The notes under the pieces are model-generated. The model did no database searches. It saw only the letters and a list, made by a program, of their open reading frames with translations, and was not told the origin of the DNA. Both the position numbers and the translations under genes were made by a program. Below are positions 1 through 7,588 of a stretch of DNA of 40,887 nucleotides, one piece after another; the first letter of the stretch is position 1, and each line of letters starts with the position of its first letter. The stretch comes from Bacteroidales bacterium (GTDB lineage Bacteria > Bacteroidota > Bacteroidia > Bacteroidales > UBA3824), in contig JAGCNK010000207.1 of assembly GCA_017645985.1 (NCBI GenBank), positions 1 through 40,887 of the forward strand, read 5' to 3'.

Positions 1-593
1 ACAGCAATATTATTAAGGCTGTGGCTGAGTTTGACCGTACTACCAAAGAGCAGACTCCCGGCGTTAGTATCAAATATTTCGCAATCGGCAAAAAAGTTTC
101 TGAGCAGATAACCAAACGCGGATTTGATTTGTATAAATCTGATTTTGAGTCGATTGAAAAAGTTTCGTACGAAACCGCTGGAAAAATTGCCCAAGAAATT
201 ACCGATATCTATCTTTCGGGTGAGTTCGACTGTGTTAAGGTTATTTACAACAAGTTTGTAAATGCCGCAGTGCAGAATACCGAAATCGAAAATTTCCTTC
301 CGTTGCAATTTAAAGCCGAGCCGACAAAATTCAAAACAGACTATATTTTTGAGCCAGATAAGATTACAATTGTAAACAAAACTATACCACAATGGCTTAA
401 AACGCAGTTTCTTTCAATCCTTGCCGAAAGTGCTGCTGGCGAGCAAGGTGCGCGAATGACCTCGATGAACAAGGCCACCGACAACGCCACCGAACTTATC
501 AAAGAACTCAACATCAGTTACAACAAAGTACGTCAGGCATCCATCACCAACGAAATTATCGAAATTGTTTCGGGTGCAAACGCGGCTAAGTAA
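1..593 (+). CDS. atpG: F0F1 ATP synthase subunit gamma, C-terminal part (5' end lies outside the window)
   Basis: The frame is open from the window edge (codons from nt 3: SNIIKAVAEF...) to TAA at 591-593. The tail GARMTSMNKATDNATELIKELNISYNKVRQASITNEIIEIVSGA is the conserved gamma-subunit C-terminal helix. Confidence 0.9.
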   Translation, partial: SNIIKAVAEFDRTTKEQTPGVSIKYFAIGKKVSEQITKRGFDLYKSDFESIEKVSYETAGKIAQEITDIYLSGEFDCVKVIYNKFVNAAVQNTEIENFLPLQFKAEPTKFKTDYIFEPDKITIVNKTIPQWLKTQFLSILAESAAGEQGARMTSMNKATDNATELIKELNISYNKVRQASITNEIIEIVSGANAAK

Positions 594-627
594 CTTTTAA
601 TCAGATTACAACACATTATCAAAATAT

Positions 628-1758
628 ATGGCAAAGCAAAATATTTTTACAAGATTCGACAGCATAGTTAAAAACGCAGGTCTAGGCCGCAAGTATGCCT
701 TGCACGCCTATATGCGCTACACCGACCTGTTTACCAAAGAAGACCGCGAACAGGTAGAGAGTTTCCGTAAACTCTACAACGAAAGCGGCAACAACATTAC
801 AGTAATGGAGTCGGCAGGATATTCCGACAACCAAATTGACATAATCGACAGGTTTGTATCTTTTTGTCAAGGTTTGCCGAGCACACGGTTTACAGGTTGG
901 CTGAGATGGTTGTTTAGCCGCCGTCGTGCAATTAAAGAGCGCGAATACAAAGAACTCAATGGTTCGGCTAAGCAGGCTTCGTCGAAGAAAACTCGCAAAG
1001 CGTTTGAAACCGAGAACGATTTCTTGGAAAACCGATATTTTGACCAGCAGCAATATTTTAGCAATAAGTCAGGGCAATTTAAGAAAGATTACCATCACAA
1101 TCAAAAAAGAATTATGCTTTTTAGCGTATCTGTGTCGGTAATATCCGTGCTTTCGGTATTTGTGGGCAATTTGGTTTGCTCCATATTCCATTTCGAGAGT
1201 TCGCCTGAATGGTTAGTAAACGGATTTAGTCTGTTAGTGGCTGTAATTTCCGCTGTTACGGCTTATATATCGTCAAACGACAAACTTTGCCAGAATCTTG
1301 ATTTGTGGGTTCGTTTCCGTGTGGCAAGTGAAAAATTGAAATCGGAATACGCATTGTATCAAGGTCGTTGCGGCGACTACAATATTCCTGGCGACCATAA
1401 GGATGCCGCCGGACACACCGCTGCCGAAAAACGTTTCCGCGAGAATGTGGAGTCTATTGTGCAGGAAGCCAACGATAATTTCACCAAGATATTCCAGAAT
1501 GGTAACGGTAATTCTCAGCCTAACCCAGAAGAGCAGCACCATATTCCAGCCGCTCCAAAACCTGTGGCTCCGCCCCAGATTACAGAGTTAGAAACTAAGC
1601 CTGAAACTAAGCCAGAGAATGTTTCTGAAGATGTTTCTGAAAATGTTCCTGAAGATGCTCCTGGCGGCTATGGCGACGATAGAGCCACCGTATCTGACGA
1701 ACAGACTCCGCCACCTATTTCTGACGATGAGTTCGCAGAAGCGGATTCATTAGGATAG
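628..1758 (+). CDS. DUF4231/SLATT-like two-TM protein with an N-terminal extension and an acidic/proline-rich repeat tail
   Basis: RYFDQQQYFSNKSGQFKKDY is followed by two hydrophobic helices (IMLFSVSVSVISVLSVFVG and GFSLLVAVISAVTAYI) and then WVRFRVASEKLKSEYALYQG. From memory this is the DUF4231/SLATT layout. The ORF at 40346 is a clear paralog. Confidence 0.6.
   Translation: MAKQNIFTRFDSIVKNAGLGRKYALHAYMRYTDLFTKEDREQVESFRKLYNESGNNITVMESAGYSDNQIDIIDRFVSFCQGLPSTRFTGWLRWLFSRRRAIKEREYKELNGSAKQASSKKTRKAFETENDFLENRYFDQQQYFSNKSGQFKKDYHHNQKRIMLFSVSVSVISVLSVFVGNLVCSIFHFESSPEWLVNGFSLLVAVISAVTAYISSNDKLCQNLDLWVRFRVASEKLKSEYALYQGRCGDYNIPGDHKDAAGHTAAEKRFRENVESIVQEANDNFTKIFQNGNGNSQPNPEEQHHIPAAPKPVAPPQITELETKPETKPENVSEDVSENVPEDAPGGYGDDRATVSDEQTPPPISDDEFAEADSLG
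1591..1662 (+). repeat. Six tandem 12-nt units inside the SLATT-like CDS, encoding ETKP ETKP ENVS EDVS ENVP EDAP
   Basis: Read directly: gaaactaagcct gaaactaagcca gagaatgtttct gaagatgtttct gaaaatgttcct gaagatgctcct. Confidence 0.85.
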
Positions 1759-1816
1759 TTATCCTCTTTTTTGGATGAAAGTTTAAAAAAATTTTTTTTT
1801 ATCTGAAATAAAAACT

Positions 1817-1824
1817 TAACTTTG
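1817..1824 (+). promoter_or_regulatory. Bacteroides-type -7 box TAACTTTG (TAnnTTTG)
   Basis: Exact match to the TAnnTTTG consensus, 84 nt upstream of the greA ATG. I saw no clear -33 TTTG. It lies upstream of the 1836-1867 hairpin. Confidence 0.35.
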
Positions 1825-1835
1825 CGGTGTACTTG

Positions 1836-1885
1836 GAGAAACCGTAATATAACAATTACGGTTTCTCTTTTGTTTTATTTTTTTT
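1836..1885 (+). terminator. Rho-independent terminator after the SLATT-like gene
   Basis: 13-bp perfect stem GAGAAACCGTAAT/ATTACGGTTTCTC (1836-1848 and 1855-1867), a 6-nt loop, then the T-rich run TTTTGTTTTATTTTTTTT. Confidence 0.7.
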
Positions 1886-1907
1886 GGAACAAAAACAACA
1901 TTTTAAA

Positions 1908-2381
1908 ATGAGCAAAATAACATATCTTACAGAAGAGGGGCTCAAGAAACTTAATGACGAACTCGACCACCTGATTGCTGTGGAACGCCCCAACATATCG
2001 AGACAGATTGCCGAGGCCCGCGAAAAAGGCGACCTCTCGGAAAATGCTGAGTATGACGCCGCTAAAGAGGCACAGGGTCTGCTCGAACTCAAAATCTCCA
2101 AACTTCAGGAGACTATCAAAAACTCGCGCGTGCTCGACAAGTCGCAGATTCAGAGCGACACCGTGCAGATTTTAAGCAAGGTTACTATTCAGAATGCTAA
2201 GAATAAGGCTAAAATGACTTACACACTCGTGGCCGAAACCGAAGCCAACCTCAAAGAAGGCAAGATTTCGATTGAGACTCCCATCGCCAAAGGACTTCTG
2301 GGCAAGAAAGTGGGCGAAACAGTGAAAATCAAAATTCCCGCTGGCGAAACCGAGTTCACTATTCTCGACATTAGTATCTAG
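1908..2381 (+). CDS. greA: Transcription elongation factor GreA
   Basis: MSKITYLTEEGLKKLNDELDHLIAVERPNISRQIAEAREKGDLSENAEYDAAKEAQ is the canonical GreA N-terminal coiled coil. I prefer the ATG at 1908 to the TTG at 1884 given in the ORF track. Confidence 0.9.
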   Translation: MSKITYLTEEGLKKLNDELDHLIAVERPNISRQIAEAREKGDLSENAEYDAAKEAQGLLELKISKLQETIKNSRVLDKSQIQSDTVQILSKVTIQNAKNKAKMTYTLVAETEANLKEGKISIETPIAKGLLGKKVGETVKIKIPAGETEFTILDISI

Positions 2382-2428
2382 TTGATAGTTAACAGTTGAA
2401 AATTCATAATTTGTAATACATATTTATT

Positions 2429-2821
2429 ATGGCAACAATATTTACACGTATTATCAATGGCGAGATTCCTTGCTACAAGATTGCTGAAAACGACGAGTTT
2501 TTCGCTTTCTTGGATATCAATCCCGTGCAGAAGGGTCACACCCTCGTAGTACCCAAGGAAGAGGTTAGCTACATATTTGACATCAACGACGACAAGCTCG
2601 GCCGATATATGGCTTTTGCAAAACGTGTTGCCGCCGCCATCAAGGCTGCTGTTCCCTGTATCAAGGTGGGCATAGCTGTGGTGGGATTGGAAGTGCCTCA
2701 TTCGCACATCCACCTTATTCCGCTCAACGAGGTTAACGACCTCAACTTCGAGCATAAGATGACACTCCCAAAAGAGGAGATGGAGCAGATAGCTCAAAAT
2801 ATCATCAAAAACTTTAAATAG
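2429..2821 (+). CDS. HIT (histidine triad) family protein
   Basis: 130 aa containing QKGHTLVVPKEEV and the histidine triad HSHIHLIP. Confidence 0.85.
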   Translation: MATIFTRIINGEIPCYKIAENDEFFAFLDINPVQKGHTLVVPKEEVSYIFDINDDKLGRYMAFAKRVAAAIKAAVPCIKVGIAVVGLEVPHSHIHLIPLNEVNDLNFEHKMTLPKEEMEQIAQNIIKNFK

Positions 2822-2840
2822 CAATTAGTTACACATCATA

Positions 2841-2870
2841 AGACCGGCTTAATAAACCGGTCTTTTATTT
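2841..2870 (+). terminator. Rho-independent terminator after the HIT gene
   Basis: Stem AGACCGG (2841-2847) pairs with CCGGTCT (2857-2863) and is followed by TTTTATTTT. Confidence 0.7.
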
Positions 2871-2886
2871 TATACTCAAAAATCAA

Positions 2887-3741
2887 ATGGGAACATTAGA
2901 GGCTTTTATTTTAGGTATAGTACAAGGACTTACAGAATTTCTTCCGGTCAGCAGCAGCGGACATTTGGAGATAGGTCAGCATTTGTTGAACGTGGGCGAT
3001 GCCGGCGGACTTACTTTCGACATCGTGGTGCACGTGGCTACAGTGCTTGCCACAATCACTATTTTCCGTAAGGAGATTTGGGCTTTGATTATCGGATTTT
3101 TCAAGAAACTTAATCCCGATACCGACCTTCCGCTCTGGCGCAGGCTCAACGACGCTCAGCGTTATGTTATTCTTATTGTGATTTCTATGATTCCGATCGG
3201 AATTGTAGGATTGTGTTTTAAAGACAAGGTGGAGGAGATATTCGCGTCGAGCATTGTGGTGGTGGGCTGCTGCCTGATTGTTACCTCGATATTGCTGGCT
3301 CTCACTCACTTTTTCAAGTCTGATCCCGACAAGGAGAAAAAAGAGATTTCGCCTCTCAATGCTTTTATTATCGGTATAGCTCAGTCGATAGCAGTATTGC
3401 CTGGACTTTCGCGCTCGGGCAGCACCATAGCCACAGGACTTCTTCTTGGCAACAAGCGCGAGAATGTGGCTCAGTTCTCATTCCTTATGGTTATTCCTCC
3501 GATTTTGGGAGAGGCTCTGTTGGACTTTAAGCACATAGTAGCCCCCTCGGCAGAATATCTTGCCGAGCACGGTGCAACGGCTCAGATTCCTGTAGCAGCA
3601 TTGTTGGTAGGCTTTGTAGCCGCCTTTGTCAGCGGCTGTTTCGCCTGCAAATGGATGGTGCAGCTGATTAAGAAGTGCAAACTTATCTACTTCGCAATCT
3701 ACTGCTTTGTAATGGGATTGATCTGTATTACTTTGTTGTAG
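2887..3741 (+). CDS. uppP: Undecaprenyl-diphosphate phosphatase
   Basis: GLTEFLPVSSSGHL and PGLSRSGSTI motifs in a polytopic membrane protein of 284 aa. Confidence 0.9.
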   Translation: MGTLEAFILGIVQGLTEFLPVSSSGHLEIGQHLLNVGDAGGLTFDIVVHVATVLATITIFRKEIWALIIGFFKKLNPDTDLPLWRRLNDAQRYVILIVISMIPIGIVGLCFKDKVEEIFASSIVVVGCCLIVTSILLALTHFFKSDPDKEKKEISPLNAFIIGIAQSIAVLPGLSRSGSTIATGLLLGNKRENVAQFSFLMVIPPILGEALLDFKHIVAPSAEYLAEHGATAQIPVAALLVGFVAAFVSGCFACKWMVQLIKKCKLIYFAIYCFVMGLICITLL

Positions 3742-4315
3742 CCTCCTCGGTCTCCTTCTCTTTGTAGACGGGCTGTACCACAGTTTTGTCTTTATATTTG
3801 AATACGTTTACGCGCTCGGAGGTGATTAGCTTGGTGGTATCCTCCTCGTAGGCGCGTATAACAACGCCGTTGTAGGTGAGCTTGTGGACATAAATCAGAA
3901 TGTCGTAAGTGTCCAATGTGTCATATTTGTATTCAACGTCGATGGTGTCGAGCAGATAAGGAGTGTGAACGAAGTATCTGAAATGGGTGCTGTCGTAGCA
4001 GCCTTTGTTGAAGCTGTACCAGTATGTCTTGCCGTCGGAGTCTTTGCCGATTCCGTCGTAGTTGCTCAAAAACAGATTGTTAGACGTAGCCGATCTCAGC
4101 GAAATATCAGGCTTCTCTTCTACATACGATATGGGATAGGTGGCAGACTTGTTGAAGTCTATCATCGAATTGCCGGTGCTATCGTAAAAATAGTATGGAA
4201 TTGTATTAGAATAGATGAAATATCTGTTTGCATCATCGGAACTGTTGTCAAATTTGTCGGAGCAAGCGCTCATTATTAAGCCAAATAACAGTGTAGGTAA
4301 AAGAAACTTTTTCAT
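3728..4315 (-). CDS. Hypothetical lipoprotein
   Basis: MKKFLLPTLLFGLIMSAC signal peptide with a lipobox Cys. I chose the internal ATG at 4315 over the track start at 4363. No family recognised. The 3' end overlaps the uppP 3' end convergently by 14 nt. Confidence 0.6.
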   Translation of the reverse strand: MKKFLLPTLLFGLIMSACSDKFDNSSDDANRYFIYSNTIPYYFYDSTGNSMIDFNKSATYPISYVEEKPDISLRSATSNNLFLSNYDGIGKDSDGKTYWYSFNKGCYDSTHFRYFVHTPYLLDTIDVEYKYDTLDTYDILIYVHKLTYNGVVIRAYEEDTTKLITSERVNVFKYKDKTVVQPVYKEKETEEATTK

Positions 4316-4393
4316 ACAAGATTGTTTTAAATTTTTGACAAAAATAGACATAATAATTGTCAAATGTGCATCAATTGTGTTAAATGATTCTGA

Positions 4394-5137
4394 TTATCTG
4401 CAAAAAAATTGCCCTAGCTTGCGTAAGTTCTTGAATATCAATGTTACTATTCCGCCTATTTTGTTGGTGCGGGCGGCACGGAGATCTTCGCGCATTTTTT
4501 GGCAGATGTTTCTGAACGAACGGTTGCTTATGCCCCCTGTACGCATCTTAACAGCGGTTATGGGGCAGTACGTTAGCTTGAAACCTGGTTTTGATACAAA
4601 GCGCATCATTAGGTCGTAGTCGGCTGCTATTCGGTACGATGTGTCGAACACGCCGTAAGATTCGTATGCAGTTTTCTTGGCAAAGAATGTCGGGTGCGGC
4701 GGCATCCATCCGTATTTCAACCGTTTTGGCTTGAACTCGCCCGAATGCCAGTAGCGAACCACTTTGTCCACATTCTCTTTGGCTACATATTCAAGGTCGG
4801 CGTATGCTGCGTCGGAGTTTTCTTGCTCTATTGCCGATACCATCTGGCTCAGTACGTTGTTTGACGCAAAAATGTCGTCGGCGTGCAAGAATGCTATTAT
4901 GTCGCCAGTGGCCAAGGATATGCCCTTGTTGGCTGCGTAGTACATGCCTTGGTCGGGTTCTGATTGCAGGATGTCGGGATTGAACTGCTTTATTATATAT
5001 AAGGTGTTGTCGGTGCTGGCTCCGTCGATAACGATATGCTCCTTGTTGGGATAGTCTTGCGTCTGAAACGACCGCATCGCATCGGCAATAGTCGCCTCGT
5101 TGTTTTTGCAGAGCGTAATTACCGAAATCTTAAGCAT
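4394..5137 (-). CDS. Family 2 glycosyltransferase
   Basis: ISVITLCKNNEATIADAMRSFQTQDYPNKEHIVIDGASTDNT and LHADD are typical GT2 (GT-A) N-terminal motifs. Confidence 0.8.
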   Translation of the reverse strand: MLKISVITLCKNNEATIADAMRSFQTQDYPNKEHIVIDGASTDNTLYIIKQFNPDILQSEPDQGMYYAANKGISLATGDIIAFLHADDIFASNNVLSQMVSAIEQENSDAAYADLEYVAKENVDKVVRYWHSGEFKPKRLKYGWMPPHPTFFAKKTAYESYGVFDTSYRIAADYDLMMRFVSKPGFKLTYCPITAVKMRTGGISNRSFRNICQKMREDLRAARTNKIGGIVTLIFKNLRKLGQFFCR

Positions 5138-5684
5138 TTATCTCCCTCTCCTTTATTTTGGTTGCTGGATTGCCCTTATATATTCCGTAAGGCTGCATTT
5201 CGGAGGACGCTGTGCTGCCTGCCGAAAGTACCGAATGGCTGCGGCATACAGTGCCGGCTGTAACTACCGATTTGGCGCAAATCCATACGCCGTCTTCAAT
5301 TGTTATCGGTGCTGTTATTAGGTAAAAATCAGTACTTTTGGTGTTGTGACTTCCAGTTTCGATTAAAGCTCCTTGCGATATGCAGCAGTTGCTTCCGATG
5401 GTCACCTGCGCCAAATTGTCGATCCATACTTCTTCGCCAATCCACGAATTGTCGCCTATGGCCAGCAGCCACGGATATTTGATATTTACTCGTGGTTTTA
5501 TCACCACTCCTCTGCCAATTTTGGCTCCGAATATCTTCAGTATCAAGCGCTTGATGCCGTTGAACGGGAAAAACGGCGACATAAGGAGCGTGTAGTTTAC
5601 AATGTACCACAACGCCCTTGTTATCACGTTGCGCCCGGGCGTGTAGCCGTGCTTGGAGTATGAGGACAAATCGGTTGTTTTCAA
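5130..5684 (-). CDS. Hexapeptide-repeat O-acetyltransferase (WcaF-like)
   Basis: The N-terminus TPGRNVITRALWYIVNYTLLMSPFFPFNGIKRLILKIFGAKIGRGVVI and the left-handed beta-helix repeats resemble colanic-acid WcaF-type acetyltransferases. Confidence 0.75.
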   Translation of the reverse strand: MKTTDLSSYSKHGYTPGRNVITRALWYIVNYTLLMSPFFPFNGIKRLILKIFGAKIGRGVVIKPRVNIKYPWLLAIGDNSWIGEEVWIDNLAQVTIGSNCCISQGALIETGSHNTKSTDFYLITAPITIEDGVWICAKSVVTAGTVCRSHSVLSAGSTASSEMQPYGIYKGNPATKIKEREINA

Positions 5685-6038
5685 TTACTTGACTAACTTG
5701 TTGGTGGCGGTGTCGGGAAATATCACGCTCGGTTTGAATTTCTTGGCCTCTTCAAAGTCCATAGAAGCGTACGAGATAATGATCACGATGTCGCCCGGAA
5801 GCACTTTTCTTGCCGCCGGACCGTTGAGGCAGATGCAGCCGCTGCCGTGCTCGCCGCGTATCACGTAGGTTTCCAACCGCTCGCCGTTGTTGATGTTTAC
5901 TACCTGAACTTTTTCGTTATCGATAATATTGGCGGCATCCATCAACTCGCCGTCGATGGTGATGCTGCCAATATAGTCTAAGTTTGCCTGTGTAACGGTT
6001 ACACGGTGTATTTTCGACTTTAATACTTCTATATTCAT
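5685..6038 (-). CDS. panD: Aspartate 1-decarboxylase
   Basis: [29 protein letters not shown] includes the self-processing G-S site. 117 aa. Confidence 0.92.
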   Translation of the reverse strand: MNIEVLKSKIHRVTVTQANLDYIGSITIDGELMDAANIIDNEKVQVVNINNGERLETYVIRGEHGSGCICLNGPAARKVLPGDIVIIISYASMDFEEAKKFKPSVIFPDTATNKLVK

Positions 6039-6043
6039 TTGGT

Positions 6044-6889
6044 TTACAAAAGGATATTGTCGATAAGTCGTGTCTTGCCGTCGTATACGGTGATGCAGAT
6101 AACCGCATTTTTGGGTTTGTCGCCAGGAATCGGAAGCAGGGTGTCGCGGTCGGCAATCTCCACATATTCGAGGCAGAGGTTGGCGTCGGTGGCAATGTTC
6201 TGCTTGATGAAGTCTCTGATTTGTTTCTGCGATGCTCCGTTGTCAGCCATTTCCTTAGCCTCAAAAAGAGTCTTGGAAATCAGCAACGCGCTTTTGCGCT
6301 GTTCGGGCGAAAGATGCACGTTGCGGCTGCTGAGGGCAAGGCCGTCGGTTTCGCGCTTGATGGGGCACGATACAATCTCACCTTCAAAGTCGGGCATATA
6401 TTTGCGCACCATGGCTTTCACTACAGCTATCTGCTGGTAGTCTTTTTGTCCGAAGTATGCGCGGTCGGGCTCCACAATGGCAAGCAGCTTGCTTACCACC
6501 TGGCATACGCCGTTGAAATGTCCCGGACGGTATTTGCCTTCCATCACTTCAGCCACCTTGCCGAGCGAGAACACGCGGGTGTCGGGCTCTGGATACATCT
6601 CCTCAACCGAGGGGGCGAACACTATGTCGCACGAGTTTTTTTCCAACAGTGCGAAGTCGGCGTCGGGGTCGCGGGGATATTTTTCAAGATCCTCCTTGTT
6701 GTTAAACTGTGTGGGGTTCACAAAAATGCTCACCACAGTGATGTCGTTGTCTTTGTTGGCCTGCTCCACAAGCGACATGTGTCCTTGGTGCAGTGCTCCC
6801 ATTGTGGGAACAAATCCTACTGTCTTTGACTGCGAACGAAGCTTTTGAAGCCTCTGTTTCAGCGAATCGATTTCTTTGAATATTTCCAT
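6044..6889 (-). CDS. panC: Pantoate--beta-alanine ligase
   Basis: [18 protein letters not shown] and FGQKDYQQ motifs. 281 aa. Confidence 0.92.
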   Translation of the reverse strand: MEIFKEIDSLKQRLQKLRSQSKTVGFVPTMGALHQGHMSLVEQANKDNDITVVSIFVNPTQFNNKEDLEKYPRDPDADFALLEKNSCDIVFAPSVEEMYPEPDTRVFSLGKVAEVMEGKYRPGHFNGVCQVVSKLLAIVEPDRAYFGQKDYQQIAVVKAMVRKYMPDFEGEIVSCPIKRETDGLALSSRNVHLSPEQRKSALLISKTLFEAKEMADNGASQKQIRDFIKQNIATDANLCLEYVEIADRDTLLPIPGDKPKNAVICITVYDGKTRLIDNILL

Positions 6890-6934
6890 GTAGACTGTTT
6901 AAAAATTCGGGTGCAAAATTAAATAAAAAAACTC

Positions 6935-7375
6935 TTATTTGAGCAGGATGGAAAACTCCTTGGTGCCGGCAAACTCTACCTGGGTGTCGTTGGCCTTGCA
7001 TTTGATCTGCACTTCCCACCAGCCCTGGCGTGCGTTTTTCTTCTCGCACTTAACGTACACAAGGTTGTTTTCTGCCTCTGAAAGGTTGGCGTTTACTGTG
7101 GTGGTGCCCATCAGGGTTTTCTTGGTGCTCATATAGTAGTACCAGCGGAATTCAAAGCTTACGTTTTCGGTGTTGAGCTTGAGCAGCTCGGGCAGGCTGA
7201 ATACCGCCTCCAAGTCAAGGTCGGTCGAGAGCTTTACGCCTTCGGTCTTGGCTTCCTTGAGGGTTACCTTGTTGCCTCCGCAGTTGAATATCACTTGTGC
7301 CGGTGTAACTTCGGTCTGCGCCTGGATGCCTGCGGCCGCAAACAGCGCTATCAACAACATAGTTATTATTTTCAT
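6935..7375 (-). CDS. Small secreted hypothetical protein
   Basis: Signal peptide MKIITMLLIALFAAAGIQAQ followed by a beta-rich mature part. No family recognised. Confidence 0.55.
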   Translation of the reverse strand: MKIITMLLIALFAAAGIQAQTEVTPAQVIFNCGGNKVTLKEAKTEGVKLSTDLDLEAVFSLPELLKLNTENVSFEFRWYYYMSTKKTLMGTTTVNANLSEAENNLVYVKCEKKNARQGWWEVQIKCKANDTQVEFAGTKEFSILLK

Positions 7376-7531
7376 AGTTCAAACAGTTTTTAAGATTAGT
7401 TGCAAATTTTTTGCCGAAATGAACCGACAGATTGTTAATCTATTTTAAGTTACCGAGTTTTAATCTCTATTAAATGATTAAAAATCGCGGTAAAGTTAGA
7501 AATTATTATCCATATATATATCCTTTATTCG

Positions 7532-7539
7532 TATATTTG
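7532..7539 (+). promoter_or_regulatory. -7 box TATATTTG upstream of the peptidase gene
   Basis: Exact TAnnTTTG match 50 nt upstream of the ATG at 7589, in an AT-rich divergent intergenic region. Confidence 0.4.
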
Positions 7540-7588
7540 TATTCGCAATAAATCTATAAACAATATAAACAACCAATTCAACACAGAA

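Noticed and set aside
6221-6829. 202-aa plus-strand ORF antisense to panC
   Set aside because: panC on the minus strand is unambiguous, and the antisense frame has no recognisable features.
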